The position numbers and the translations under genes are program-made. 64,000 bases of DNA from a candidate division WOR-3 bacterium (GTDB lineage Bacteria; Hydrothermota; 32-111): NCBI GenBank assembly GCA_039804105.1, contig JBDRZU010000001.1, positions 1,325,685 to 1,389,684 of the forward strand, given 5' to 3'. Under the pieces are notes generated by a model. The model saw only the letters and a list, made by a program, of their open reading frames with translations. It did no database searches and was not told the DNA's origin. Below, in pieces: positions 8,503 to 19,471 of the stretch; the stretch's first letter is position 1; each line of letters opens with the position of its first letter.

Positions 8503-10895
8503 TTTTTCCTCTTTTTTGTATTCTTATCGAGTGCTAAATCTATAACCTGATCAAAATTTTTTACAAAATAAAATTTTAAACCTTTCAATGTGTCCTTTGA
8601 GATTTCATCAAGATCCCTTTTGTTGAATTCAGGTAATATTATGTTTTTGATTCCAGCAAGTTTTGCACCGATGATCTTTTCTTTTACTCCCCCAATTGGT
8701 AGAACCTTTCCTCTCAGAGTTATCTCTCCAGTCATTGCTATATCACTCCTTACAGGAATTTCTGACAAGATGGATACAATTGATGTTGCGAGAGTAATCC
8801 CTGCAGATGGTCCATCCTTTGGAATAGCACCTTCGGGAAGATGAATGTGAAGATCATACTTTTCAAAATCCTCTGGTTTTATTTTAAATTTCTTGTAGTT
8901 AGCTTTTATGTATGATAAAGCAGCCCGTGCACTCTCTTTCATCACATCACCGAGTTGTCCTGTTAATATGAGGTTACCTTTTCCAATCATCTTTATCGCT
9001 TCAACAAAAAGTATCTCTCCACCATTTGGAGTCCATGCCATTCCGGTTGTTATACCTATTTCAGATTTCTTTTCTGCTTTATCTGACAAAAATTTTCTTT
9101 TACCTAAATAATCCTTTACATTGTTCTGATCAATACGGAATTTTTTGTTTTTATTTTCAGCGATCTTTTTTGCAACTTTTCTGCATATACTTCCTATAGT
9201 TCTTTCAAGGTTTCTCACACCTGCTTCTCTTGTGTAACCATCGATTATCTCTTTCAATCCTTCATCTGTTACAGTCAGGTTATCTTTAGTTAAACCATTT
9301 TCTTCTATCTGTCGTGGTAAAAGGTATCTTTTAGCGATAAAAATTTTATCGTTTATTGTATAACCCGGGAGTTCAATAACCTCCATTCTATCCAAAAGTG
9401 CAGGTGGAATCGTATAAAGAACATTTGCTGTTGTTATGAACATCACCTGTGAGAGATCATAAGCAAGATCAAGATAATGATCCTGAAAAGTATCGTTCTG
9501 CATTGGATCAAGAACTTCAAGTAATGCACTTGATGGATCACCCCTAAAATCTGAACCGATTTTGTCGATCTCATCGAGCATAAAAACGGGATTTGAAGTT
9601 TTTGCTTTTTTAATTTCCTGTATTATCCTTCCAGGTAATGCTCCAACATAGGTCCTTCTATGACCTCTTATCTCTGCTTCGTCATGTATTCCACCGAGAG
9701 AAATCCTTACAAAACTCCTTCCGAGTGCTCTTGCAATAGATTTCCCCAGAGAAGTTTTTCCAACACCTGGAGGTCCAACAAAACAGAGTATTGGTCCTTT
9801 CGAATCATTTTTCAATTTTCTTACAGCAAGGTATTCGAGTATCCTTTCTTTAACTTTTTCGAGATCATAATGATCTTCATTTAAAATTTTTTCAGCTCTT
9901 TTTATATCAAGATTATCTTTAGAATATTCGTTCCATGGCAGTTCAAGTATCCAATCGATATATGTTCTTGAAACATTATAATCAGGCATCATAGGGTTCA
10001 TCATCTCAAGCTTTTCAATTTCCTTTTCTACGGTTTCGATGACATTCTGTGGCATCCTCTTTTTCTTTAACTTTTCTCTCAACTCGTTTATCTCTTTATC
10101 TTTGGGATCATCTTCTCCAAGTTCCTCTTTTATCGCCTTCAACTGTTCCCTCAGGAAAAATTTTTTCTGGTCCTCATTGATTTCACTTGTAACTTTTGAT
10201 TTGATCTTTTGACCGAGTTCGATTATCGATGTCTCTTTTGCAAGTATTTCGCTGATCCTCTCCATCCTTTTGGTTGAATTTTTTATCGTAAGGATTTCAT
10301 ATCTTGTATTCACATCGATGGGAAGATTTGAAGCGATAAAATCTGCAAGTTTCCATCCTTCCTGAATGCTATCAAGTATTTGAAAAATTTCTTCGGGAAA
10401 CTGTTGTGATAGTTTTATGTAATTTTTGAACTGCTCTTTTAAGTTTCTTATGAGTGCCTGATAAGTTATCGTTGTACTTTCAACTTCCTCAATCTGTTTA
10501 TATTTTACCAGGAAGTATGGTTTATCGTTTGTTAATATTTCTTCTATTTTTGCTCTTTTCATTCCCTGTAAAAGTATTCTAACAGAACCATCGGGAAATC
10601 TGAGCATCTTCATTATATTCGCTATAACACCGAACTCTTCAATCTCTTTTGTTGTAAGATTTGAAAGATTTTCTTTTCTTGTGTATCCTAAAAATATGAG
10701 TTTGTTGTGTGATAGCGCATCATCTATAAGTTTTATCTGATTTGGTTCATTTACAGCAACAGGTAGAATTAAAAGCGGATAGATTATAACATCGTTTCTA
10801 ACAAGTAACGGTAAAATTTCAGGAAGTTCTTTATTCTCCTCATTAACCTCTTGTTCATTGTTTTCAACATTTTTTAGATTTTCATCCATAGCCAA
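8499..10895 (-). CDS. lon: ATP-dependent protease La
   Basis: GPPGVGKTS, DEAEIRGHRRTYVGALPG, LDEIDK, PKDGPSAG (catalytic Ser), GGVKEK. True start is probably ATG 10889 behind AAAGGA. Confidence 0.98.
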   Translation of the reverse strand: MAMDENLKNVENNEQEVNEENKELPEILPLLVRNDVIIYPLLILPVAVNEPNQIKLIDDALSHNKLIFLGYTRKENLSNLTTKEIEEFGVIANIMKMLRFPDGSVRILLQGMKRAKIEEILTNDKPYFLVKYKQIEEVESTTITYQALIRNLKEQFKNYIKLSQQFPEEIFQILDSIQEGWKLADFIASNLPIDVNTRYEILTIKNSTKRMERISEILAKETSIIELGQKIKSKVTSEINEDQKKFFLREQLKAIKEELGEDDPKDKEINELREKLKKKRMPQNVIETVEKEIEKLEMMNPMMPDYNVSRTYIDWILELPWNEYSKDNLDIKRAEKILNEDHYDLEKVKERILEYLAVRKLKNDSKGPILCFVGPPGVGKTSLGKSIARALGRSFVRISLGGIHDEAEIRGHRRTYVGALPGRIIQEIKKAKTSNPVFMLDEIDKIGSDFRGDPSSALLEVLDPMQNDTFQDHYLDLAYDLSQVMFITTANVLYTIPPALLDRMEVIELPGYTINDKIFIAKRYLLPRQIEENGLTKDNLTVTDEGLKEIIDGYTREAGVRNLERTIGSICRKVAKKIAENKNKKFRIDQNNVKDYLGKRKFLSDKAEKKSEIGITTGMAWTPNGGEILFVEAIKMIGKGNLILTGQLGDVMKESARAALSYIKANYKKFKIKPEDFEKYDLHIHLPEGAIPKDGPSAGITLATSIVSILSEIPVRSDIAMTGEITLRGKVLPIGGVKEKIIGAKLAGIKNIILPEFNKRDLDEISKDTLKGLKFYFVKNFDQVIDLALDKNTKKRKK

Positions 10896-10901
10896 TCCTT
10901 T

Positions 10902-11312
10902 CTATTCTATATTTATCTTTTTAATCTTTTTGTAAACGAGGGGAATCTCAATTCTTAAAAATCCGTTGTTGTATTCTACTTCCATGTTATCGATGTCACT
11001 GTTTGAGGGAATTTTAAACCTTCTCTCAAATGGCCCATACTCTATTTCCATGTGGTAATAACAGATGTCATTTTCTATAAAAGATTTTCTTTTCTTCTCA
11101 CCTTTTAAAATTAAAATATCGTCACTTACCGTAAGAGAAATATCTTTCTTTTCTACACCTGGTATTTCGACAACTATTATAAATCTGTCTTTCACCTCAT
11201 ATATGTCCGCTGGTGGTATAAGATGAGTCCTTCTGTAAGAAACAACCCTTGAAAATCCAAAAAAATCGTCTATTAAACTATCCAATTTTTCATTGAAAGG
11301 ATCATCCTTCAT
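10902..11312 (-). CDS. Hsp20/alpha-crystallin small heat shock protein
   Basis: P.ADIYE, EIPGVEK.DI, E..YG.FERRF.IP, YNNG.L.I.IP. SD GGAGG upstream. Directly upstream of lon. Confidence 0.92.
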   Translation of the reverse strand: MKDDPFNEKLDSLIDDFFGFSRVVSYRRTHLIPPADIYEVKDRFIIVVEIPGVEKKDISLTVSDDILILKGEKKRKSFIENDICYYHMEIEYGPFERRFKIPSNSDIDNMEVEYNNGFLRIEIPLVYKKIKKINIE

Positions 11313-11321
11313 CTAACCTCC

Positions 11322-12347
11322 TTATTTTCTTATAAGAGAAACATTTCCTCTGCCTGATACTATATTTCCAATCTTTCTATATTCTATTTTAATTTTTTTG
11401 AAGAAATTTTCAACATCCAAAACGTCTTTTTTGTCAACTATCAAAACGATCCCGATACCCATATTGAAAACTCTGTATGCTTCTTCAAATTCTACATTTC
11501 CAAGTTCACAAAAATTTTTAAATAGGTCTGGAACTTCCCATGAAGAGGTATCTATAAGAGCATCAACTTTATCGGGAAGAATCCTTTTAATGTTATCCTT
11601 AAAACCACCGCCTGTAATGTGGGCTATTCCTTTTACTTTCTTATGCTCAATTAAAGGATAAACTTCTTTGAAGTACGATCTATGTGGTTTTAAGAGTTCT
11701 CTGTATAAAGGTTCTTTTGAGTTATTAAGAGATTTTTTTAAATCTAAATTTTTTTCCTTTATTATTCTTCTTATCAACGAGTAACCATTGGTATGAAACC
11801 CGTTTGAAAAAAGTCCAAAAATCTGATCACCGGTTTTTATCTTTTTTCCTGTTATGAGTTTATCTTTTTCACATATTCCAACTATGAATCCAACGATATC
11901 ATAATGTGTGAAATTGTAAACATCTGACATCTCTGCTAATTCCCCTCCAACAAGAGAAAGAGAATTTTTTTTGCAGGCATTGACCATTGAAGTAATTATC
12001 CTGTTTACAATTTTTCTATCGAGTTTTCCCATTCCAATGTAATCAAGAAAATACAAAGGTTTTGCTCCAACAGCGAGGATATCATTTACAGAGTGGTTGA
12101 CTATATCCTCTCCAAGGTTATCAAAAAAGTTTACCTGTTCTGCTATTAGAACTTTTGTTCCAACACCGTCACATGATGATATTAAAACCGGGTTTTTGTA
12201 ACCTAAAAATTTCCCAGAGTACATACTTCCAAAAGTTCCAATATCTGAAAGAACATTTTTGGAGTAGGTTGATTTTACAAGGTCTTTTATATCCTTTACA
12301 GTTTCGTTTGCCTGATTGATGTTAACACCAGAATCTTTATACTTCAT
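11322..12347 (-). CDS. purM: Phosphoribosylformylglycinamidine cyclo-ligase
   Basis: YKDSGVNI, DGVGTK, VNDIL, FLDY, GGE.AEM, SNGFHTNGYSL, AHITGGG, FNMGIG. Confidence 0.97.
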   Translation of the reverse strand: MKYKDSGVNINQANETVKDIKDLVKSTYSKNVLSDIGTFGSMYSGKFLGYKNPVLISSCDGVGTKVLIAEQVNFFDNLGEDIVNHSVNDILAVGAKPLYFLDYIGMGKLDRKIVNRIITSMVNACKKNSLSLVGGELAEMSDVYNFTHYDIVGFIVGICEKDKLITGKKIKTGDQIFGLFSNGFHTNGYSLIRRIIKEKNLDLKKSLNNSKEPLYRELLKPHRSYFKEVYPLIEHKKVKGIAHITGGGFKDNIKRILPDKVDALIDTSSWEVPDLFKNFCELGNVEFEEAYRVFNMGIGIVLIVDKKDVLDVENFFKKIKIEYRKIGNIVSGRGNVSLIRK

Positions 12348-13971
12348 CTTTATACATCCTTTCTTTGATTGTTATTCCCATAAGGGATAAACCTATTTTT
12401 ATTATTTCTCTTGCTGCATATAGTACTGATATTTTTTTTAACATTTCTTTTTTATCGTTAATATCGATGATCCTGTAGTCATGATAAAACTGGTGAACCA
12501 GAGAAGAAAGTTCTATAAGATAATTTGGAATTTTTTGCAACTCATAAGAAAAAGCGGTATTGTAAACAACGAAAGGAAACTCTAAAAGTTTTTTTGCAAT
12601 ATCTCTTAAATTTTTATTCTCAAAATTTTCAAAATTGAAAACTATTTCATTTTCATTTAAATTTGCCTTATCAAAAAGGGATGATAACCTTGCATAACAG
12701 TATTGAACATAATATACAGGATTGTCCATACTTTTTTCTTTTGCCTTTTCTATATCAAAGTTGAAGGGCTGGGATAGTTTTCTTGAAAGGATCATAAATT
12801 TTAAAACATCGGTATCTATTTCTTCTGACAGTTCATCTAATGTTATAAATTCACCTGTTCTTTTTGACATCTCATACTTTTTTCCATCTTTGAATATAGT
12901 AACGAGTTGTGCTATTATAACATCAAATTCAACTCTTCGGTCTGAAACCATGTTGATTGCTGATTTCAATCTTGGAACATATCCATGATGATCGGGTCCA
13001 AGTATATCTATGATTTTATAAAAACCCCTTTCAATTTTATAAAAATGGTAAGCAATATCTGGTAGGAAATAAGTGAACTCTCCATCAGATTTTACGATCA
13101 CTCTATCCTTATCATCTCCAAAAATTGTTGTTTTTAGGTATAGCGCTTTATCTTTAGTGTATGTATAACCTTTTTCTGATAATCTTTCTAAAACTTTTTC
13201 TAAATATCTTTTTCTAATATCCGACTCATACACCCAATTATCAAATTCTATGGAATACTTTTCAAGAGAATCTTTTTGCCAGTTCAATATGAACTCTTTT
13301 CCAAAATCTGAAGCGATTTTTATATTTTCATCGTTGAAATCAAGTTCACCAATCTTTTGCTTGAGTTTTTCTGATATATCCCTTATGTAGTTTCCTCTGT
13401 ATCCATTTTCAGGAAAGATTTCAGGTTTATTTTTAGAAATATGATAAAGTATCGAAGCACCCAGATTGTATATCTGGTTACCGGCGTCGTTTATATAATT
13501 TTCCTTTTCAACATCGTACCCGGTGTATTTTAGCACATTCGAAAGCATGTTGCCAGCAACCCCAGCTCTTAGATTTACAAGAACAAGTGGACCTGTGGGA
13601 TTTGCACTTATAAATTCTATGTTGACCTTTTTGTTATTCTGTTCTTTTTTACCATAGAATTTCTCGGTTACAATTGTTTTACATTCCTGGAAAATTTCTT
13701 TGTCATTGAAAAATATATTTATAAAACCTGGAGAAACTATTTCAGTTTTATAGTTGTGTTCTTTTTCAAGTTTTTCTGAAATAATTTTAGATATTTCCAA
13801 AGGATTTTTTTTGACCTTTTTTGATAGTTGAAAAGAAATATTTGTTGAAACATCACCAAAATCTGTAAAGGATACCAACTCATAATCTTTAAAAGAAAAT
13901 TCTACGGAAAATTCATTCTCAACTATTTTTTTTAGATTATCAAGAAAAGTTTTAACCAGCATTATCTTCAC
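12337..13971 (-). CDS. argS: Arginine-tRNA ligase
   Basis: PGFINI, EFISANPTGPL, YINDAGNQ, DDKDRV, G.DHHGY, MSKRTG, NPVYYVQY..AR. Confidence 0.96.
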   Translation of the reverse strand: MKIMLVKTFLDNLKKIVENEFSVEFSFKDYELVSFTDFGDVSTNISFQLSKKVKKNPLEISKIISEKLEKEHNYKTEIVSPGFINIFFNDKEIFQECKTIVTEKFYGKKEQNNKKVNIEFISANPTGPLVLVNLRAGVAGNMLSNVLKYTGYDVEKENYINDAGNQIYNLGASILYHISKNKPEIFPENGYRGNYIRDISEKLKQKIGELDFNDENIKIASDFGKEFILNWQKDSLEKYSIEFDNWVYESDIRKRYLEKVLERLSEKGYTYTKDKALYLKTTIFGDDKDRVIVKSDGEFTYFLPDIAYHFYKIERGFYKIIDILGPDHHGYVPRLKSAINMVSDRRVEFDVIIAQLVTIFKDGKKYEMSKRTGEFITLDELSEEIDTDVLKFMILSRKLSQPFNFDIEKAKEKSMDNPVYYVQYCYARLSSLFDKANLNENEIVFNFENFENKNLRDIAKKLLEFPFVVYNTAFSYELQKIPNYLIELSSLVHQFYHDYRIIDINDKKEMLKKISVLYAAREIIKIGLSLMGITIKERMYKDEV

Positions 13972-14299
13972 CTATATGTGTAATTTTTCCATCAGCCCAT
14001 AGGGATTCAAGAGAGTATCTATCTCTTTCTTCCTGTTGAAAAATATGAACAACAACATCTCCATAATCCATAAGTATCCACACACCTGCACTCTCACCTT
14101 CAATGTTTACATTTTTATAAAGTTTTTTTAGTTTTCGATAAATGTTATCTTTGATAGCGTTTGTTTGAACTGAAGAGATACCGGTTGTTATTATGAAATA
14201 ATCTGTAAAAGTTGAGATCTCTGACAAATCGATTACAACAGTGTTTAATCCCTTTTTCTCAAGTATAGCATCAACGATCATTTTTACCTTTTTTTCCAA
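13952..14299 (-). CDS. rsfS: Ribosome silencing factor
   Basis: KKG...VIDL, TDYFII.TG, W.LMDYGDVVVHIF, R..Y.LE.LW. Confidence 0.95.
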   Translation of the reverse strand: MEKKVKMIVDAILEKKGLNTVVIDLSEISTFTDYFIITTGISSVQTNAIKDNIYRKLKKLYKNVNIEGESAGVWILMDYGDVVVHIFQQEERDRYSLESLWADGKITHIGEDNAG

Positions 14300-14681
14300 A
14301 AAAACTCCTTTTTAATATGTTTTCATAATCTTTTCCAATTATTATTGTAACATCTATATTGAATGTTGAATCAACAAAAGAAAAAATATTTTTACATTTG
14401 AAGAGCTGAGCAATATTTTTTGCATATTTCATATTTTTATTTTTTCTATCAACTATACATGTATTATCTAAATCTTCATTTTCTATCATTTCAATAGAAA
14501 AAACCTCGTAATTTTTTTTCTTTAAAATTTCTGCAAATTTATAACCAATATCTTTTTTGTCCGTGGTATTTAAAATCTCAACTTTAATTATATAGTTTTC
14601 TTTTTCAAATATCAAAAAATAAATTGAACATACTAACACAACAATGAGAGCAAAGACAGCAAATAGAAAAAATTTTTTCAT
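14271..14681 (-). CDS. LytR C-terminal domain membrane-anchored protein
   Basis: N-terminal TM segment, VEILNTT and DVTIIIGKDY. This family is commonly found next to rsfS. Confidence 0.8.
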   Translation of the reverse strand: MKKFFLFAVFALIVVLVCSIYFLIFEKENYIIKVEILNTTDKKDIGYKFAEILKKKNYEVFSIEMIENEDLDNTCIVDRKNKNMKYAKNIAQLFKCKNIFSFVDSTFNIDVTIIIGKDYENILKRSFFGKKGKNDR

Positions 14682-15637
14682 CCTTTTAAATTTGAAAATG
14701 GCGGAACGAATTGATCTTCTTTTGTTTCGTAGTTTTCAAGTACTGAAAAGGATGAAATTCTTGTTCCTTTTCTTATTATGGATTTCCCCTTAATCACAAC
14801 GTATGGTTCTATTGTCACATCGTTTTCAAGAACAACATCATATTCGATGTAACATGTTTGTGGAGATTTTATCGTTACTCCATTTTTTAATACAGAAAAA
14901 ACTTTTTTGTTTAAAAGAATGGTTTCAATATGTGATAACTGTTCCCTATCATTTATTCCGGATACCTCTAAAATGTTTTCCAATTTTATAGTTTCTATTT
15001 TTGATCTTTCTTTTGAACCGATCTTTATAAGATCGGTTAAATAGTACTCCTTTTGACTATTATCATTGGAAAGTTTTTTTAGATAATTTTTTAGAAATTT
15101 GTATCTAAAAACATATACTCCAGAATTAACTTCTTTTATCTTTTTCTGTCTTTGATTGCAGTCCTTATCTTCAACGATCATACTGATTTTTCGATTTTTT
15201 TCTCTTACAACTCTTCCATAACCTGTAGGATCTTCAAGTTCCATCGTTAGTAAAGTTATATCGTTTTTATCCTTAATATGTTTATCAATCATTCTGGATA
15301 AGGTTTCAGAGGTTATAAGGGGAACATCCCCAGCAAGAACAACGATGTTAGAATTTTCGTCAAATTTTTCAAAAGCACACATAACAGCATGTCCGGTTCC
15401 GAGTTGTTCTTTCTGATATGCTATTTCAACATTTTTGTCTTTTAAAAATTCAGTAACAAGTTCTGATCTGTTTCCAACAAGAACAATAACTTTATCATTT
15501 TTTATCTTTTCAACAGTTTCAAGAATATAACCTAAAATTGGTTTGCCAAGTAGATCAAAAAGAACTTTTGGCTTATCAGATTTCATTCTTTTTCCGAGTC
15601 CTGCTGCGAGTATCAGTATGTTGATTTTTTCATTCAT
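14678..15637 (-). CDS. glmU: GlmU-type UDP-GlcNAc pyrophosphorylase, short form lacking most of the acetyltransferase domain
   Basis: ILAAGLGKRMKS..PKVL, QLGTGHAV, GDVPLI, PTGYGR, EVNSG, EYYLTD, GINDR. Only 319 aa, with a few hexapeptide turns. Confidence 0.85.
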   Translation of the reverse strand: MNEKINILILAAGLGKRMKSDKPKVLFDLLGKPILGYILETVEKIKNDKVIVLVGNRSELVTEFLKDKNVEIAYQKEQLGTGHAVMCAFEKFDENSNIVVLAGDVPLITSETLSRMIDKHIKDKNDITLLTMELEDPTGYGRVVREKNRKISMIVEDKDCNQRQKKIKEVNSGVYVFRYKFLKNYLKKLSNDNSQKEYYLTDLIKIGSKERSKIETIKLENILEVSGINDREQLSHIETILLNKKVFSVLKNGVTIKSPQTCYIEYDVVLENDVTIEPYVVIKGKSIIRKGTRISSFSVLENYETKEDQFVPPFSNLKG

Positions 15638-16476
15638 TTCAGTTTAACCCTTATGTTATCTATAAGTCGTGTTTTTCCAAAAAAAACTGCAAGAAATATT
15701 CTGCAAAATTTTGTATTCTCTGTTACATCTTTCAAACCATCCTCATCGTATATTTCGATATAATCTATCCTGTCTGGTTTTTCATTTTCAATAAGTTTTT
15801 TAATTCGTTCTTTTGCTTTTTTAATATCTCTTTCTTTTTCTAAAATTTCTTTTCCTGCTATTAAGGATTTAAAAAGAATCGTAGCTTTTTTTCTCTCATC
15901 TTCTGAAAGATAGGAGTTTCTTGAACTCATTGCAAGACCATCTTTTTCTCTTACTATCGGGCAAGGAATAACTTTTAAATTAAAGTTTAGATCTTCTACC
16001 ATCTTTTTTATTATGAGATACTGCTGGAAATCTTTCTCTCCAAAATATGCTTTGTCAGGACAAACTATGTTGAAAAGTTTTGCCACAACGGTTAAAACTC
16101 CTTCAAAATGTGTTGGTCTTGATATACCACACAATTTTTCTGAAAGTTCTTTTATTTTAACTGAAACGAGTTGATTATGATACATTTCATGATCCGATGG
16201 AAAAAATAGTATATCGCAACCATTCATCTTCAAGATTTTTTTATCCCTTTCGATATCTCTTGGATACCTACCATAATCTTCATTAACTCCAAACTGGAGG
16301 GGGTTTACATATATTGAGACGACAACGATGTCATTTTCCTTTTTTGCTTTTTTTACAAGTGAAATGTGTCCATCATGGAGATAACCCATAGTTGGAACAA
16401 AACCTATAGATTTCTGTTGTTCTCTAAAGTTTTTTAACTCTTTTTTTAATTGTGATATTTTAGAAAACACCTTCAT
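15634..16476 (-). CDS. panC: Pantoate-beta-alanine ligase
   Basis: GFVPTMGYLHDGH, VNPLQF, RPTHFEGV, FGEKDFQQ, DGLAMSSRN, RLIDN. Confidence 0.97.
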   Translation of the reverse strand: MKVFSKISQLKKELKNFREQQKSIGFVPTMGYLHDGHISLVKKAKKENDIVVVSIYVNPLQFGVNEDYGRYPRDIERDKKILKMNGCDILFFPSDHEMYHNQLVSVKIKELSEKLCGISRPTHFEGVLTVVAKLFNIVCPDKAYFGEKDFQQYLIIKKMVEDLNFNLKVIPCPIVREKDGLAMSSRNSYLSEDERKKATILFKSLIAGKEILEKERDIKKAKERIKKLIENEKPDRIDYIEIYDEDGLKDVTENTKFCRIFLAVFFGKTRLIDNIRVKLK

Positions 16477-17114
16477 ACTGATATCGGCTTTAAAAATTTC
16501 AAACCTTTGAACGGTTTTTCGATTTCCTGAATGATTTGAGCGATAGATGCTTGATCTTTTGAGAGATCAACATCATCAACATTGACCATGAGCACCGGTG
16601 CATCCTTATACATCATAAAGAAGTTAGAGTAATTTTTCGAGAGTTGATTTATGTAATCATAACTTATATCCTGTTCGAATGTTCTGTTTCTCTTCTTTAT
16701 CCTTTCCATTATTGTTTCACATGATGCTTGAAGAAATATCACCAGGTCTGGTTTTGGAATTTCAGGTTCGATGAATTTTATTATGTGTTCATAAAGAATA
16801 AGTTCATTATCGTCAAGGTTTAAATTTGCGAAAATCCTGTCCTTTTCAAAGATATAATCACTTATCACCATATCGTAAAACATCCTTGTCTGTTTTAACT
16901 TTTGGAGTTGTTTGTATCTTGCAAAAAGGAAATAGATCTGTGTCTGGAATGCATAATGTTTGACATTTTTATAAAAGTTTTCAAGAAACGGATTTTCTTC
17001 AACAGGTTCAAGTATTATCTCAGCATTGTAATGCTTTGCCAACCTTGTTGCAAGAGTTGTTTTACCAACCCCTATTACACCCTCAACACTGATAAACTTG
17101 TAAGGGTTTGTCAA
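16473..17114 (-). CDS. Deoxynucleoside kinase
   Basis: EGVIGVGKTT, ENPFL..FY, FQTQIYFL, PDLVIFLQA, RI.KRNR.FE. Confidence 0.93.
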   Translation of the reverse strand: MTNPYKFISVEGVIGVGKTTLATRLAKHYNAEIILEPVEENPFLENFYKNVKHYAFQTQIYFLFARYKQLQKLKQTRMFYDMVISDYIFEKDRIFANLNLDDNELILYEHIIKFIEPEIPKPDLVIFLQASCETIMERIKKRNRTFEQDISYDYINQLSKNYSNFFMMYKDAPVLMVNVDDVDLSKDQASIAQIIQEIEKPFKGLKFLKPISV

Positions 17115-17629
17115 AATAAAACTCCTTTTAAACTTTTCATTTTATACTCTTCAACTCTCTTACTTTTATTAATCTTTTGAAAAACATCCTTCACTTTTAG
17201 ATTAAACTTTGGCATCAAAAAATCAGGATCAATGTCCATCAAAAGTTTTATTATAAAATATCTATCCAAAATACTTTTGTGAGGTATTGTTAACTCCTCA
17301 CTATCAATTATTATATCATTATAGAACAATATATCAATATCAATTATTCTCGGTCCCTTTTTTATTTTTGAATCTCTTCTTCCTATAAGGTATTCTATCC
17401 TTTTTACAACCCTTAACAGTTCTTCTGGTGAAAAATCGGTTGAAATTTTTAGTATTATGTTTAAAAAATCTTCCTGGTTTTCATAATCAACGGCTTCAGT
17501 GTTATATAATTTGGAAAAACCTGTTATTGTTATGTTGTTAAGTTTAATAAGTTTTATAGCATCTCTGATATTTTTTTCTCTATCACCTATATTTGACCCA
17601 AGACATAGAAAAATCATATCTTTTTGCAT
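17111..17629 (-). CDS. folK: 2-amino-4-hydroxy-6-hydroxymethyldihydropteridine diphosphokinase
   Basis: LGSNIGDR, Q.DFLN, GPRIIDIDIL, LTIPH. Confidence 0.95.
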   Translation of the reverse strand: MQKDMIFLCLGSNIGDREKNIRDAIKLIKLNNITITGFSKLYNTEAVDYENQEDFLNIILKISTDFSPEELLRVVKRIEYLIGRRDSKIKKGPRIIDIDILFYNDIIIDSEELTIPHKSILDRYFIIKLLMDIDPDFLMPKFNLKVKDVFQKINKSKRVEEYKMKSLKGVLF

Positions 17630-17940
17630 TTTTCCATCTCCACATAAGAACAGTATTTCATTCTATAAGGTTTGTTTTTTTTAACGATCAACCTGAAAGA
17701 ACTTTTATCTTTGAAAAATTTTTTCAACTCTTTCTCAAGAAATTCGAGCATTTCTTCAATAAGTGAAAATTTTTTATTTTTTAACAGGGTTTCAACAGTA
17801 CTGTAAACTTCAAAATAATCTATGAATTCTTTCTCTTCATATTCTAACAGAATATCGACAAGATTTTTTTTCTTTTTCTCAACTTCATAAACCCCAAGAA
17901 AAACGGGGAAATTTTTAATATAAAGTTTAACCTTATACAT
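17614..17940 (-). CDS. folB: Dihydroneopterin aldolase (divergent)
   Basis: GVYEVEK, IDY..VY, F.LIE, V.K..P motifs. Directly upstream of folK. Confidence 0.75.
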   Translation of the reverse strand: MYKVKLYIKNFPVFLGVYEVEKKKKNLVDILLEYEEKEFIDYFEVYSTVETLLKNKKFSLIEEMLEFLEKELKKFFKDKSSFRLIVKKNKPYRMKYCSYVEMEKCKKI

Positions 17941-19471
17941 ATTTACCTTCTATGATACCTATTGGAAGAATCATCTCTTCCATTGATATACCGCCGTGTT
18001 GAAAGGTATTGTAATATTCTTTTTTGTATTGGTTTAATTTTGTTGAATAAACAAAGTATCCGTTTCCAAAAGTGATATACCATTTATCGTTTGGTTTCTG
18101 AACAGGTAATCCGAATTCATCGGGTTTATCGATCACAAGCAGATCTTTGCTTTGAGGGGAGATCGATGAACCAAATTTATATTTTAAATTGATTGAAACA
18201 TCTTTGCCGGTATTTAAAACGATAGGATCCTTTGCAACTATTGAACCATGATCTGAAGTGATGAAAATTGTGAATCCGTTGTCAACGCTTTTTTCTAAGA
18301 GTTCAAGGATTCCAGAAGTTTTTATCCATATACCCATCAAAAATAGAAGAGAACTCTCATCGGGAAGCATATCTTTTAGTATGTTTGATTCACTTCTTAT
18401 ATGTGTAAAGATGTCCATAATGTTTATCACAAGAATATTTAGAGTGTTGTTTTTTAAATTTGAAAAATTTGAAATATATTTTGAAAGGTTTTCGTTTGTC
18501 GAAACTTTTGAGTAATGAACATTGTCAAAACCATTCTTTTTTGCGAGGGATTTTAAAAACTCCTCCTCGTATTGGTTTTGGGATAGAGTATCCTCAAACT
18601 CCCATCTTTCTGGAAAGATCTTATAAATTTCAACTGGAAGAAAACCACTGAAAATGGAATTTCTGCTGAATGGTGTTGCTGTTGGAATGATTGAAAAATA
18701 ATGATCGTTTACGATTCTGAAATATTCTGAAAGTGTTGACTCAAGAATAAGGTATTGATCGTATCTCATACAATCTATAAGAAGGAACAGAATTTTTTTG
18801 TTCTGTTTTAATACTGGAAAAACTTTATGCTCGAACAACCTGTGTGAAAAAGTTAAACTTTTATCTTTTAAAAAATTTGGATAGTTTTTACTTATAAATT
18901 TAGCAAAAACTTTGTTCATATTCTCTTTCGTTTGTTCATGTAAAGATAAAATCTCCTTTTTTAAAAATTCGTTTAAAACGATGTTCATCGAAGAAGAGAT
19001 GCGATGGAGTTCGTAAAATGATTCCAAAGAGAGTTCTCCGTTTAAATAAATTTCAACTTTTTTTAAAAAGTTTGAGTATCTTTCTCCTATACTGTCAGAA
19101 ATTATTTTTTTATTTTCGAGTATCCTTTTAATCGTTGTTAACAGTTGCATAGCGTTGATCGGTTTTATCAAATAATCGTTTATTTTTAATGATATCGCAT
19201 TTTTTATTATATCTTTATCATCAGCTTTTGTAACCATTATTACAGGAATGTTTGAAGAGTATTCCTTTAAAAGAGATAATGTTTCTATCCCATCAAGTCC
19301 AGGCATATACTGATCAAGGATTATCAAATCGAATGTTTCGTTTTTTACTCTTTCAAGTCCATCCTGTCCACTGGATGATGGTATCACCTCATAACCCTCA
19401 TTTTCAAGAAATTTGGAAAGGGATTTGAGATTGTCGATCTGATCATCTATCCATAAAATTCTTTTTTTCAT
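17933..19471 (-). CDS. porX: PorX-type response regulator (receiver + PglZ/alkaline-phosphatase-fold domain)
   Basis: Receiver ILWIDD, LDQYMPG, MVTK, YLIKPIN. PglZ-type IDCMRYDQ, PTATPFSRNSIFSG, D.FTH, TSDHG, FQHGGISMEEMILP. Confidence 0.85.
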   Translation of the reverse strand: MKKRILWIDDQIDNLKSLSKFLENEGYEVIPSSSGQDGLERVKNETFDLIILDQYMPGLDGIETLSLLKEYSSNIPVIMVTKADDKDIIKNAISLKINDYLIKPINAMQLLTTIKRILENKKIISDSIGERYSNFLKKVEIYLNGELSLESFYELHRISSSMNIVLNEFLKKEILSLHEQTKENMNKVFAKFISKNYPNFLKDKSLTFSHRLFEHKVFPVLKQNKKILFLLIDCMRYDQYLILESTLSEYFRIVNDHYFSIIPTATPFSRNSIFSGFLPVEIYKIFPERWEFEDTLSQNQYEEEFLKSLAKKNGFDNVHYSKVSTNENLSKYISNFSNLKNNTLNILVINIMDIFTHIRSESNILKDMLPDESSLLFLMGIWIKTSGILELLEKSVDNGFTIFITSDHGSIVAKDPIVLNTGKDVSINLKYKFGSSISPQSKDLLVIDKPDEFGLPVQKPNDKWYITFGNGYFVYSTKLNQYKKEYYNTFQHGGISMEEMILPIGIIEGKYV